This document shows positions 10,257 through 20,480 of a DNA stretch of 64,000 bases, in pieces. This DNA comes from an uncultured virus (IMG/VR IMGVR_UViG_3300010357_000155) (lineage: Duplodnaviria; Heunggongvirae; Uroviricota; Caudoviricetes). Where the stretch lies: the IMG/VR virus record IMGVR_UViG_3300010357_000155; one strand, given 5' to 3'. Both the position numbers and the translations under genes were made by a program. A model generated the notes under the pieces. It made no database searches, was not told where the DNA came from, and saw only the letters and a list, made by a program, of their open reading frames with translations. The stretch's first letter is position 1, and every line of letters starts with the position of its first letter.

Positions 10257-10290
10257 TACTATATATGTAACTAAAGATTTATCTATTAGC
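10257..10290 (-). promoter_or_regulatory. Recurrent phage promoter-like motif (CATATATAGTA class)
   Basis: GTTACATATATAGTA on minus strand; about 11 related copies upstream of non-virion genes. Confidence 0.65.
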
Positions 10291-10308
10291 TAGGTATTGT
10301 TCCAGTTG

Positions 10309-11373
10309 TCATTTAAATATCTCCATGATTTTCTTAAAGATATTGAAAGAAGGGTTTTTAACAACAATAATATGTTTTTTCTTAATCGCGGTAATAAGTT
10401 CTTTTAAACTAAAATGAAATCCTGATGCGTTAGCGTGACCACCACCACCGTACATAAGACTAAGACTAGAAGAGTCAATACCCTTACGTGACCTGACACT
10501 ACAACTAACATCAGATCTTTTCTGGATATCAAATGCAATTGCTATGTCATATCCATGATTATAAATAATACTATCACATAGATCAGAAGCAATATCTAGA
10601 TAAGAATTAACTAAGCCTGCTTTATATTCTTTACCGGCTATTTTAACAACTATCTCTGTTAAATTAGACTTTATAATTTTTTCTATTCTTTCCAGTAGTG
10701 CAGTTTCATACTTACCACCAATATTAACGATATCATGCATAGCACTATTCATAAGCGCGTCAATGACATTAAAATCATTAAGTTGATGTAACACTAAACC
10801 ATGATGAAACTTCTTAGAATTTTCTAGTTTAAATGTCCAAAGATCTCTATCGCTAATGAGTTCTATATATTTAGGTACTTCGTTATAACCACCATGGAAA
10901 TACATCCAAGTTAACTTAGCACCACTTTGTTCTTTAGAGAAAATAATTTCACAATTTGTATGTGGTCTAATAAATATCCAACCAAACCCACCTTCTTTAG
11001 AAGGATAGTACTTTGTATATTCATCTATAGCTGTCTTGTGATGATCAAGCACAAGAATGCTTTTAAATAAATCAATGTAACACTGTAGATGTTTTACTGG
11101 GAAACAATAGTCAACTACATACAGTTCCATTTCAGCCATCTCTGATTCAGTGACAACACCATCAGGAAAAATGTACGGAGCAGCGTTTAATAAAGATGGG
11201 TTTTTGATATAACCATTAAAGATATAGTTCAGTGCCTCAATAGGCTCCATATCCTGAATAGGTTTATAGTTTACTTCAATATAGAGAACATCTTTACCAC
11301 CAAACTTTTTCCAAAAAGAAAAGGCGGAAAATAAACCATCTTTACAATTTTTATGAAACAGTACAACTTTCAT
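10309..11373 (-). CDS. DHH-family phosphoesterase (DHHA1, nanoRNase-like)
   Basis: FHKNCKDG, VVDY, LDHHKT, DRDLW, SVRS and GGGGHANASG motifs. Confidence 0.9.
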   Translation of the reverse strand: MKVVLFHKNCKDGLFSAFSFWKKFGGKDVLYIEVNYKPIQDMEPIEALNYIFNGYIKNPSLLNAAPYIFPDGVVTESEMAEMELYVVDYCFPVKHLQCYIDLFKSILVLDHHKTAIDEYTKYYPSKEGGFGWIFIRPHTNCEIIFSKEQSGAKLTWMYFHGGYNEVPKYIELISDRDLWTFKLENSKKFHHGLVLHQLNDFNVIDALMNSAMHDIVNIGGKYETALLERIEKIIKSNLTEIVVKIAGKEYKAGLVNSYLDIASDLCDSIIYNHGYDIAIAFDIQKRSDVSCSVRSRKGIDSSSLSLMYGGGGHANASGFHFSLKELITAIKKKHIIVVKNPSFNIFKKIMEIFK

Positions 11374-11598
11374 TATTGAATCCTAGATAAAAAACTTTGG
11401 AGAAGATTATAGTAACCTGTTGTCACTACAACAAGATAAACACCCAAAACACAGAAACAGAATTAATCCATTCGCACTCTGATATAAGTTTGCAACTTGG
11501 TAAACGAAATGGCATTTATAAATCTCCTAAATTAATCTTCAACTAATTGAGAGTTCAGTAAGAAAAAAAAAAAGAGAGGACGAATCCTCTCTTTTTTA

Positions 11599-11808
11599 TT
11601 AAGCAGCTTGAGCTACTTGTTTAGTTTTCATACCGAGTAAGTTTTTCAACCGGTCAGCGATCCCCGGATTACGAATGGTGATGTTACGTTGCAACCATGC
11701 GTAGTTATTACCTGATGCAGTAACAGACCGGCGAAACTCCGGAATGTCAATCTTTTTGTCAGCCAGCAAACTATTAAGCTCTTCCAGTTCAGTGGAGTTC
11801 AGGTTCAC
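11599..11808 (-). CDS. Small hypothetical protein
   Basis: 69 aa, GTG start after AAGGA, followed by hairpin at ~11566-11597. Confidence 0.6.
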   Translation of the reverse strand: MNLNSTELEELNSLLADKKIDIPEFRRSVTASGNNYAWLQRNITIRNPGIADRLKNLLGMKTKQVAQAA

Positions 11809-11811
11809 TTT

Positions 11812-12441
11812 TTATTCCTTGTTAAATTTTACTGGTGTATCACTCTTGAGAGTGAAGTCGAAATTGCTTGTTTGAAGAAACCAATCCATTGCTTCCCAGG
11901 TGTTACGAATCTTCACCTTTTCGAAATGGTTCAGTTCCCTATCTCCTGTTTGGAGATCGTCAATATAGTGTTTCATTACCCAACCATCTTCAGTCGGGAT
12001 AACACCACCATCCATTACCATGCGATAATTATAATCTTTTTCTCCAGTATCTTTACCAGAGATGTTTTTATATGTTCCAGAATAACCATCCAGATTTTGG
12101 TCAACATACATCTGACGAATCTGTGGATGTGCCATAACCCAACGTTGCATTGTAAGATTGGCATTTTGAAGTTGCTGGAACGTTAGTAATTCTTCATAGT
12201 AATTATCAATAACTTTTAGTCCGCTATTTTGAAGTTCGTTCATAATACCGTACTGTGTTAATTTGTCATTGATATAATTATAACTGTTGGACATTGCGTT
12301 ATAAATACGTTCACTAAATTCATTAAACGCTTGCGGCAATCCCTGCATTTGATTATAAAGATAATTGCTAATTACACTGGACTTATCTCCATAGAGAACC
12401 ATGTCAAGACCAGCTTCAGGTACATTCACGACTATGCCCAC
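11812..12441 (-). CDS. Conserved hypothetical protein (phiKZ-like core gene downstream of nvRNAP beta')
   Basis: 209 aa, AGGAGGT RBS, LQNANLTMQRWVMAHP...DYNYRMVMDG motif; promoter motif at 12482-12495. Confidence 0.75.
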   Translation of the reverse strand: MGIVVNVPEAGLDMVLYGDKSSVISNYLYNQMQGLPQAFNEFSERIYNAMSNSYNYINDKLTQYGIMNELQNSGLKVIDNYYEELLTFQQLQNANLTMQRWVMAHPQIRQMYVDQNLDGYSGTYKNISGKDTGEKDYNYRMVMDGGVIPTEDGWVMKHYIDDLQTGDRELNHFEKVKIRNTWEAMDWFLQTSNFDFTLKSDTPVKFNKE

Positions 12442-12560
12442 AAGTTCTCACCTCCTTTAATTAATAAGTGGAAGGGACAATTAATATATATGTAGTCAAA
12501 TCTATTTCTGTTGAAATATTAAATAACTAAGATACCCGTATTGCTACGGGTATCTTTATG

Positions 12561-13988
12561 TTAGCTGTTCATCCAGTTGGACAAAGTACTGATAATTGTT
12601 TTTGGTAATTTGATATTGTTACTGAATTCATTCGGACCACCAAGGGTCAGGATGTTATGGTGCGGTTCAAAGTTATGTAAATGCTTCAGAACCTTTTCAG
12701 TAAGAGCCAGAGACAAGTTTAGTTCATCTCCGTCATAGTCCGAGTTAAAGCTAGGACCAATCAGGTAACTCATACTGATTGTGTTATCACCTGTGTCAGT
12801 CTTGATACGAGTAACACGCACACTTTGAATAGAACCACGGTGTAGAGATGGGTTACGATTAAACAAACAACGTAAACCACCACCAGACGCAGTTATGATT
12901 TCCTTAAAGATTTCATCCAGTACTGGAGTATATATCTTGTTATGATATTGTAAGAAGTTGGTTGCTTGTTTATAGGTGTACTTGCGAACATAGAGTCGAT
13001 TAAGAATATGTTCCCGAAGCAATGTGCAAGCCACGCTCCATGGAATATGAATCTCATCATAATCATGAGGTCCGTAGATACTACTGATAACTGCACGAGC
13101 AGTAAAGTGACAGCGAGTTGACGCGATATGTTGACGATTAAGTCCAGGTTTACTGAACATCACGTTCTTCATATACGATGCATAGAACTCGGATAGATCG
13201 ATAAGACTATTTGCAACCTTAGCTTGCTTAACAACAGAAGGTTTTGTATAAAGATCAATACCTGTCAATCGCCGAATAACATTGATCGGGTTGAGCAAGC
13301 TCTTATCAATAAACTTACCAAGTTCATTGCTTTCCATCGCAAAGATAATACGATTAGGGAAAGGTAGATAACCACTAAATATGCTGTCTTTATTTTTTAC
13401 CAAGAATTCATAGAAATTGAAATCAGGATTTGGTTTTTCCTTGATAAACTCTGTTTCCAAGATCTCTATAATCTTGAAGAAGTTTTGGATAAAACTATTG
13501 TACCCTCGTTTAATATTGTTAGCTGCTAGTAAGAAGTCAAGCTTCTCAAGCAACTGCATGTTCTTTTTCTGAGCACGTTTATCGAACTTGAAGTTCGGTA
13601 TCATGATGTATTTGATAAGTTGAACATTCGGCTTCGTTATTTTGTAACGATTCAATAGAATGTTCAGTATTTGTGGAGAGATAAAGTATTCTACTTCTTG
13701 TGGTTTCTGAACCCAAAGTAAGAAGGAAATATTGTCATCGAGATTAGACGCCACATGTGTTCCACATTTATGACAGACTTCACCGATATAGTAAGCACCT
13801 TTTAGATCACCACAGTTACAAGACGGGATGATAGATAGGTTGTCTTCTGAATAGTTCTTAAGAATAATGGAATCAAGTTTTTCTTTATTTTCTGTATTGA
13901 ATATGTCCTCATGATTGATGAGGATTTTTGGTGATTTAATTCGATGATAGATTGTATCGAAGTTTATTAATTTTAGGGTAACTGGCAC
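12561..13988 (-). CDS. Non-virion RNA polymerase beta'-like subunit with catalytic loop (phiKZ gp55-like)
   Basis: Zn ribbon CNC...CHKC; ARAVI, NRNPSLHRGS, FNSDYDGDE (NADFDGD equivalent). Confidence 0.9.
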   Translation of the reverse strand: MPVTLKLINFDTIYHRIKSPKILINHEDIFNTENKEKLDSIILKNYSEDNLSIIPSCNCGDLKGAYYIGEVCHKCGTHVASNLDDNISFLLWVQKPQEVEYFISPQILNILLNRYKITKPNVQLIKYIMIPNFKFDKRAQKKNMQLLEKLDFLLAANNIKRGYNSFIQNFFKIIEILETEFIKEKPNPDFNFYEFLVKNKDSIFSGYLPFPNRIIFAMESNELGKFIDKSLLNPINVIRRLTGIDLYTKPSVVKQAKVANSLIDLSEFYASYMKNVMFSKPGLNRQHIASTRCHFTARAVISSIYGPHDYDEIHIPWSVACTLLREHILNRLYVRKYTYKQATNFLQYHNKIYTPVLDEIFKEIITASGGGLRCLFNRNPSLHRGSIQSVRVTRIKTDTGDNTISMSYLIGPSFNSDYDGDELNLSLALTEKVLKHLHNFEPHHNILTLGGPNEFSNNIKLPKTIISTLSNWMNS

Positions 13989-14125
13989 AGATTACTCCTC
14001 TCTGAAAATCACGATATTCCACTAATCAGTATTTAATTAATACAGATACTATATGTGTACCTGAGTTATATCCCGATGAAAAAGAAAAACTACCCACGAA
14101 CTTAATCGTGGGTAGCTATTATTAC

Positions 14126-15043
14126 TTACAGTACAACATCATCGGAATTAGAACCTTGTACTTCAAGTTCCTTAAACTTATTAACCTTCTTGTTGTCTTT
14201 ATGTTCTTTATGTTGACGTTCCATCTCATCAACAATGATAGACAACTTGCCAAGAATATTATCGACACGAATGTCTTCATTCTTGTACTGTGGATCAGTA
14301 ACCACACAAGTTGATAGGTATTCCGGAACAACCGGTTTAATAACAGAATGCTTATCGGTAGTCAGCAGGATACTGCTAACAATCGTGGTATTCTTTTCAG
14401 GAGTAATCGTTTCGTTTTCATTAACTTCAAGGATCGACACAGTCGGTGCATTGTCTGTAACACGATCAAAGTTGATGAAGTTGGTCAGATCAGTTGTATC
14501 AAATTCTTCCGTCTGTTCTTTGTTCACCAACAGAGAAAGAAGATTGATAAACCAAACAGCCTTGTTGTCGCTTTCTTTGCGATTGCTGTTTTCGATATAG
14601 AAGATACTGATGGCTTTCTTGATGCCATTAGAAATCGACTTATAAGTTTGGAATGCCTTAATCGTATTATCGAGTTCCTTGACAGAATGCTTGGAGTCGA
14701 TAGCGATGACTATGGTGTTGTGTCCCTGTCGGATAAGTTCCTTAGTAACAAGCGGAGCAATAATACTACCGCTGCCACCAGACAAAGAAGATACAACAAC
14801 ATTAAGAGATGGTGAGGGTTTAAATTTGATAACGACATCGTCCGCAATGTCCTTGAAATGTTCGTAGGTTTTGGAACGATCTTTGCCTGCGCCATCGATG
14901 TTTTCGAGGACGAAGATATTATCGGACTTCACACCCTTAAGGTTAGAAGTTGATGTATCAATATAATTAACCTCAATATCGAGGTCTGAAATTTGTCGAG
15001 CAATGTTTGTACCACAACCACCGCACGCGAAAACTGAAATCAT
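14126..15043 (-). CDS. phuZ: Phage tubulin PhuZ/TubZ
   Basis: CGGCGTNI, IDTS, DGAGKDR, SLSGGSGS tubulin signature, short acidic-hydrophobic C-terminal tail (SDDVVL). Confidence 0.9.
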   Translation of the reverse strand: MISVFACGGCGTNIARQISDLDIEVNYIDTSTSNLKGVKSDNIFVLENIDGAGKDRSKTYEHFKDIADDVVIKFKPSPSLNVVVSSLSGGSGSIIAPLVTKELIRQGHNTIVIAIDSKHSVKELDNTIKAFQTYKSISNGIKKAISIFYIENSNRKESDNKAVWFINLLSLLVNKEQTEEFDTTDLTNFINFDRVTDNAPTVSILEVNENETITPEKNTTIVSSILLTTDKHSVIKPVVPEYLSTCVVTDPQYKNEDIRVDNILGKLSIIVDEMERQHKEHKDNKKVNKFKELEVQGSNSDDVVL

Positions 15044-15102
15044 CTAAAGCTCCTGAGTGAAAGTTAACCACCTAATGGCTGTTTTAGACAGACCAAAAAG
15101 AA

Positions 15103-15136
15103 AACAACCAGAGAGGGACTCCCTCTCTGGTTGCTT
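15103..15136 (-). terminator. Hairpin after chimallin-like gene
   Basis: CAACCAGAGAGGG-ACT-CCCTCTCTGGTTG with T-tract on minus strand. Confidence 0.75.
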
Positions 15137-15148
15137 GTCGCTTATGTA

Positions 15149-17002
15149 TTAGAAGGTACGAGCATAGCCCATGGGCATGCCGAAGAACCCACCATACACA
15201 TTGGTCTGACCAAGGATACGAGCATCCGTACCCATCATCGCGCCACTGAAGTCGGCAGACGAACGACGCTGGAACATATCGTTCATAGCACCCATGTTGG
15301 AGAACAGAGGGCTGAAGCCAACATTACGCAGTGAAGCCAGAAGCTGCATCAGGAACGGCGACGAGAAGGTCAGGCGATCATAGTACTGCTTATAGACAGC
15401 CGACTTGTTGCTCATTTCGTCCAGGTACTTTTTACGCTCGGCACAACGCAGCTCAGACGGGATGCTGTTGTTATACAGAGTGTTCGTGTACTGAGCGATC
15501 AGTGCAGGCGACTGATTGGTTTCAGCGATAAAGTTTGCAAAGCCGAGGTAGGAATTCAGATGACGAATGTCCTTGTAGCCACCGTTGCTCTTGTAGAAAC
15601 CACCATGAATCTTGTTGGTGATGCCGTCGAAGATCTGGAAGTTACCAGCTTGGAAGCCGCCGTTGGTCATGGTGTTGATGTAATCCATCACACGACCGAA
15701 AGCATCCTTGGAATTGCGGAACTTGATATATTGCAGTGCAGACATGAACCAGGTTTCCGGACCGGCCTTCGGAACATCGATAGAAACGATGATGTTCGGA
15801 CGAACCAGGTGTTGGATGTACTTGTTCAGTTCCACAACCGTAAAGGTCTTTTCCTTAGTACCGTACTTCTTACCGAAACCAGTTGCGCTGTTTTCGATAT
15901 TGCCTTCGATGTTGAGAGCACCGATGTCATTGAAGTCGATTTCGTTCTTCTTACCCGGCGTCGGACGGAAAGCTTGCATCCAGTTCATGTCTTCATTGAT
16001 GGCGAAAACAGACGCCACGCCGAGGAACATGATATCCGGAGTCGGAGCAACCTTTGAATCAATATGGGTGATCACGAAGTTCGGAACAAACTTCTGGGTA
16101 CCAACCATACCGTTAACCATTGCCGGCGACCATTCGAAGTCCAGGTAGCCATAGGTCTTGACGATTTCAAAAGCGTCGTCACCTTGATTGATAGAACGAT
16201 TGTTATTCGAGCTGTTCATCTTGTATGACAACGCGATGCACACATCCTGACGAACCGGCATACCGGTCTGGTCGAAGAACTGAGCATCTTCCGCATTGAA
16301 GTACATATTGATAAAGAACTTACCATTGCGGTTGTTCTGAATCAAGTTGGCCAGATTGATACCCTTGTAGTCATTCACACGGATGTTGATTTCCGAATGC
16401 GTGGCGTTGAAGGTGTTCTGGATAAGGTCATTGACCATGGATTCGCTGGCAACGTCAAATTCGTTCGGCACCAGGGTACCGTCAGTAATAATGACTGCAG
16501 CTGCTTCGACCTTGAGAGCTTCGGCAACAGCCAGTTGAGCCTGGGAAACGTACTTGTCGTCAAGAGCGTCAGCCGGAGTACGGGTGATTTCGTAACGGGT
16601 ACCAGCAACGGTTTCGATCAGCTTTTCCGGATAGTCACCGGTCTTTTCGACCATAAGGATATGTGCAGCAACGACGCCGTTGAAAGATTCGGCAACGATA
16701 ATGGCAGAGTAGTTCAGGCCGGCGTTCTGCTTGAGCAGCTTGATGACGGCATATTTTTCTTCAGTCTTGACTTCTTCATTCAAGAACTTGATCTTCTTCT
16801 GAATGTTTTCAAACAGCTTTTCAAACTGCTCACCACCGGAACCGAAAGCCGACAGACGGGTTTGCAGACCGAAGACCGGCATGAAAGCAGTGCCAGCTTG
16901 TTGCTGGGTTTGTTGCTGCGGTTGTTGAGTTTGCTGAGTTGCACCAGCGGTAGAAGCAGCAGCCTTAGCCTTGGAAGCAGGTTGATTAGTATTCACGCTC
17001 AT
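15149..17002 (-). CDS. chmA: Probable chimallin (nuclear shell protein, ChmA; phiKZ gp54-like)
   Basis: 617 aa; disordered A/Q-rich N-terminus and G/aromatic C-terminal tail; DQTGMPVRQD, GYLDF, FVITHI, DIGALNIE, ISIDVP-like motifs; strongly biased codons; upstream of nvRNAP beta' as in phiKZ-like phages. Confidence 0.78.
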   Translation of the reverse strand: MSVNTNQPASKAKAAASTAGATQQTQQPQQQTQQQAGTAFMPVFGLQTRLSAFGSGGEQFEKLFENIQKKIKFLNEEVKTEEKYAVIKLLKQNAGLNYSAIIVAESFNGVVAAHILMVEKTGDYPEKLIETVAGTRYEITRTPADALDDKYVSQAQLAVAEALKVEAAAVIITDGTLVPNEFDVASESMVNDLIQNTFNATHSEINIRVNDYKGINLANLIQNNRNGKFFINMYFNAEDAQFFDQTGMPVRQDVCIALSYKMNSSNNNRSINQGDDAFEIVKTYGYLDFEWSPAMVNGMVGTQKFVPNFVITHIDSKVAPTPDIMFLGVASVFAINEDMNWMQAFRPTPGKKNEIDFNDIGALNIEGNIENSATGFGKKYGTKEKTFTVVELNKYIQHLVRPNIIVSIDVPKAGPETWFMSALQYIKFRNSKDAFGRVMDYINTMTNGGFQAGNFQIFDGITNKIHGGFYKSNGGYKDIRHLNSYLGFANFIAETNQSPALIAQYTNTLYNNSIPSELRCAERKKYLDEMSNKSAVYKQYYDRLTFSSPFLMQLLASLRNVGFSPLFSNMGAMNDMFQRRSSADFSGAMMGTDARILGQTNVYGGFFGMPMGYARTF

Positions 17003-17113
17003 TTGGAACTCCTGTTATTTGACGGATGTTAAAAAATTCGATGTCTCTAAGCCAGCTACAGGTGATCACCTGTAACTTTCTCACTTCATGTGCTTAATAG
17101 TAATTTTTTAATA

Positions 17114-17593
17114 CTAATGCAAGAAAGGAATAAGTTTTTTAAGACTAAACCTGCTTGCTATGTATTTAGTTTTCCTTTTATGGATATACTCGCGGTAAGC
17201 TGAGTTTACGTGTGCATGTACTGCTTCCTCCCCGTATTTTTTTAGATCGTCAGGAATATAGATAATGTTATTATTGAATAAGACAATCTTGGTTTTGTGC
17301 GCCACACACAAGTTGATGAAACGAACCATGACTGCTTTTTGATCTTCAGCAATTTCTGCCGAAGACTTGATAATCATAAGATCATAGAAATACTCAATCT
17401 TGCTATGGGTCAAGATCTGTTTGATCTGACTCAAGTATTGGGTGTAACTACCATTACGAGTACGAGCGATATTCCCGAACACGAAATCAGATAGCTCAAC
17501 AGAGAGAACTTCACCGCTGATAAATTGTTCACTCAGGTTTTGGATATCTGATCTGATAGTATTGTTACCCACGATAGGTTGCGGATAAAACAT
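17114..17593 (-). CDS. Hypothetical protein upstream of chmA
   Basis: 159 aa, AGGAG RBS, promoter motif at 17625-17638. Confidence 0.7.
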   Translation of the reverse strand: MFYPQPIVGNNTIRSDIQNLSEQFISGEVLSVELSDFVFGNIARTRNGSYTQYLSQIKQILTHSKIEYFYDLMIIKSSAEIAEDQKAVMVRFINLCVAHKTKIVLFNNNIIYIPDDLKKYGEEAVHAHVNSAYREYIHKRKTKYIASRFSLKKLIPFLH

Positions 17594-17724
17594 TGAAAGA
17601 TCTCCTTTGTAGTTTAACTACGGATACTATATATGCGTTTATTTATGTTTCCAATGCAACCTATATAAATATTGTATTAATAAAATAAACTCGTATTTTT
17701 TGACTAAGAATTAAGGAAGATATA

Positions 17725-18831
17725 ATGCTATATCTTGATTTGTTTAATCGTGAGTATATAAACAGTGCTCCGATTAGTGGAATCATACATCCAACCGACT
17801 TAAGTTATTTACGTCGTTTATACATTTTTAATAAGGATGCGATCGAAAAATACTATCAAGAAAGGAACTTTGCTGTTAAGAACACACATATTCTTAGCAG
17901 AATCTTAGAACACTTTCCTACCTATATTCAGTATGATACATTTAGATATATAGACTATGCATTGGATAAACTAAAGTATCTAGCGAAACATTTTAAGTTT
18001 ACTAGTGATATTGAGAAGGGTGTTGTACATCCTGGTTACTTCTTCGGAAATGAAAATGAAGAGATCATTATTGCTAGTTATGAATTATTTAACGTACAAG
18101 AATTAGTTAACAATTGGAAACAAGCTAAATCAGTTTATACTTTATCTCATAATCGCAATGATCATAAATTACTTTTACCGTTAGGTTCTGATGATGAAAG
18201 TAAATCCGGTCTTTGTACACTAATGATTAATATTCCTAAATTAGCTGTGCAGTTTAGAGAGTTTAATAAACAACAAGCAGCTCATGAACTTGGTCAAACG
18301 GAAGATGGTTCACTTGTTTTAAATAAGAACAACTTTGTTATTAAGTATGTTATTAGTAACATGATGGATGATGTTATCGATCATATGTTCCTAAATAAAA
18401 TTATTGATCGTTTCTATGGTATTGAAACTGAAACACCTAAGTTCAAACATCGTTTTAAGATATTTGAACCTACTATTCAAATAGAACGTTATATTGATCA
18501 GACACTTGATGTTATTACAAATAAGAATTTAGACTTTATGAATATCTTACATAACATACATTTGATGTTTAAGATAGATGCAAGTGAGTTATTAGCTTTA
18601 CCTAACATTGGTTACACAAGTCAAATTAAATGGTCTTTGTTTATCAGTCGTTTGGATTACATGATCTTCTTATTTGATGTGGCTAAAAATAAATCAACCA
18701 ATCGACATTATATTAATGACTGGAAACGTTTAGCGAAACGTCTTGAAAGAGACAATCGTCTTAATGACATGTTCAGTTATGAAGTAGAGAAAGATATTAA
18801 AGAGAAGCTTTACAAAATTTCACAAATGTAA
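17725..18831 (+). CDS. Conserved virion-associated protein (divergent from chmA operon; phiKZ gp52-like by position)
   Basis: 368 aa, AAGGAAG RBS, late-type motif ATTTTTTGACTA at 17695-17706. Confidence 0.65.
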   Translation: MLYLDLFNREYINSAPISGIIHPTDLSYLRRLYIFNKDAIEKYYQERNFAVKNTHILSRILEHFPTYIQYDTFRYIDYALDKLKYLAKHFKFTSDIEKGVVHPGYFFGNENEEIIIASYELFNVQELVNNWKQAKSVYTLSHNRNDHKLLLPLGSDDESKSGLCTLMINIPKLAVQFREFNKQQAAHELGQTEDGSLVLNKNNFVIKYVISNMMDDVIDHMFLNKIIDRFYGIETETPKFKHRFKIFEPTIQIERYIDQTLDVITNKNLDFMNILHNIHLMFKIDASELLALPNIGYTSQIKWSLFISRLDYMIFLFDVAKNKSTNRHYINDWKRLAKRLERDNRLNDMFSYEVEKDIKEKLYKISQM

Positions 18832-18893
18832 AACATCCTAGTGGCTTGACCACTAGGATGTTCTCTTATCGTACAACAAAAGGTTCTTTACGT

Positions 18894-19091
18894 TTAAGCA
18901 CTGAAGTCATTTTTTTGTTTTTTGACTTCTTCTTTATATTCAGATTTTTCTTTATTATATACCTTGCGTGGGCAATTTTTATTTCCTTCAATACAATCAC
19001 TAAGCGTACAATTTAGACAAATTTTATCTTTTTCCAATAATGCTGGCATTGTGGTTTGTCCCTTTTTGTTAAGAAATGGATCTAAGTCCAA
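18894..19091 (-). CDS. Small Cys-rich hypothetical protein
   Basis: CLNCTLSDC...C; likely start ATG 19049 after AAAGGA. Confidence 0.45.
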   Translation of the reverse strand: MDLDPFLNKKGQTTMPALLEKDKICLNCTLSDCIEGNKNCPRKVYNKEKSEYKEEVKKQKNDFSA

Positions 19092-19106
19092 TTGATTATT
19101 ATTTTT

Positions 19107-19487
19107 CTAAATGGTATTAAGTATAATCGATAATGCTCTTGCTTGATTTACATTGGTTGTTGCAAACATATCTGTTAAGGTATTGTTATGTGATAAAACA
19201 ATAACCTTAAGTTCTAGCAGTAATTCTTGATTAGATTCAGCCCAAACTTCCCAGAGCTTTTGATATTCTTTAACTAAATCTTTACTGAGATCTAAAGGTG
19301 GTTTACCTTTACCTAGTCTCCAGTTTCTACCACCAGGGTCGTAACCCTTAACATCACACTGGTAATGCATCTCGATAGATCTTCCGTCAGGCATCTTTGC
19401 AAACAAAGCAGAGAACCTTTTATCACCTTTAGAAGATACTTCATATCCCGGTCTAGTGCGTCTTCCCCAACTATACCGACTTAACAT
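19107..19487 (-). CDS. Hypothetical protein, NADAR-like motif
   Basis: RFSALFA...RSIEMHYQCDVKG resembles NADAR xSNF...SVEHYYQAxK motifs. Confidence 0.55.
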   Translation of the reverse strand: MLSRYSWGRRTRPGYEVSSKGDKRFSALFAKMPDGRSIEMHYQCDVKGYDPGGRNWRLGKGKPPLDLSKDLVKEYQKLWEVWAESNQELLLELKVIVLSHNNTLTDMFATTNVNQARALSIILNTI

Positions 19488-19759
19488 TTTTTACCTGGAA
19501 CTATAATTGTATCTATGTATCGAGAATTAAACTTATATTCATAATTTTCAACCCAACAACTAGGTTTTGTTTCATCAAAAACTTTTAACATAACATGAAT
19601 ATCTTTACCATTCTTTTCAACACCGATAGCTAAAAACTCTTCTACTAATAGTGAATGTGAAACTTTATCAACTTTCTTAATAATCTCATTGACAATATTT
19701 TTAGCTATAAACAAACTAACAAGATATTCTGTAAGGCTGTCAATTGTCCAATCACCCAT
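19481..19759 (-). CDS. Hypothetical protein
   Basis: 92 aa, AGGA RBS, overlaps next gene. Confidence 0.6.
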   Translation of the reverse strand: MGDWTIDSLTEYLVSLFIAKNIVNEIIKKVDKVSHSLLVEEFLAIGVEKNGKDIHVMLKVFDETKPSCWVENYEYKFNSRYIDTIIVPGKKC

Positions 19760-19850
19760 TTTATTATCCTAGTTAAATAATCAAACCTATTAATTGTAAA
19801 GTAAAATAAAAAAAAAAAACACCAGAACAACGTTGGTGTTTTTTATACTG

Positions 19851-20480
19851 TTAAAACAGTGGTGCTCTTTCCATACTCTCGTGCGCCTGATGGATCGACT
19901 CGATGATGTTGGCAATTTTCATGTCAACCCTTACCCGTTGCTGACGATCCTTCAAGATACGATTAACCATTGCCAGTGTTTCGATGTAGTCAAAATCCTC
20001 GAAATTAAAATGGCTTTTGTCCTGGTTATTGGATACCAAGAACTTAACCATGGCATGAGCGGCATTCGCATGAAACTGCATGGGTCGCATTTCTCGCAAC
20101 CCATTAGGAAGGAACCGATAGTTGCAGAATTGCAAATCGATCTTCTTCTTTTTTTCCACAGCGGTGAGAGCATCTTGTGTGATGATATCACTGAACTGAC
20201 AAATCTGAAAGAACTTCGCCAAGCAAACAGAGTGACGAAAAAGAGTATGCTCTTGCTGACTGAACATTTTCTTTTCTGGTGCAGACTTAACCATTGGATT
20301 CTTACCACTCACAACCATGTGAGCAAACAACCCTGGATTAAGGAACTCACCAATTCCAGGTATGGTAAAATTCTTCTGTAGGTCTACAGAACAAATCCGG
20401 CCGACTATTGTCTTACCGGTGGTTGAGACGTGTACGTGATCAACCCCATCTTCACGCAAAGTGAGTTTTGCCATTTTCAA
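19851..20480 (-). CDS. Hypothetical protein, paralog of 35528..36193 (degenerate NADAR/gp30.3-like)
   Basis: EDGVDHVHVSTTGKTIVGR...FTIPGIGEF; AAAGGAG RBS; promoter motif upstream. Confidence 0.7.
   Translation of the reverse strand: MKMAKLTLREDGVDHVHVSTTGKTIVGRICSVDLQKNFTIPGIGEFLNPGLFAHMVVSGKNPMVKSAPEKKMFSQQEHTLFRHSVCLAKFFQICQFSDIITQDALTAVEKKKKIDLQFCNYRFLPNGLREMRPMQFHANAAHAMVKFLVSNNQDKSHFNFEDFDYIETLAMVNRILKDRQQRVRVDMKIANIIESIHQAHESMERAPLF

Noticed and set aside
12561..13988. Intron or intein in RNAP subunits or terminase, as often found in phiKZ-like phages
   Set aside because: These ORFs are continuous, of expected size, retain their motifs and show no intein termini
15131..17032. Long plus-strand ORFs opposite chmA (and similar ones opposite phuZ, NUDIX, 35528, 37069 and MCP)
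   Set aside because: Antisense shadows expected from strong codon bias; no RBS, promoter motif or recognisable protein motifs
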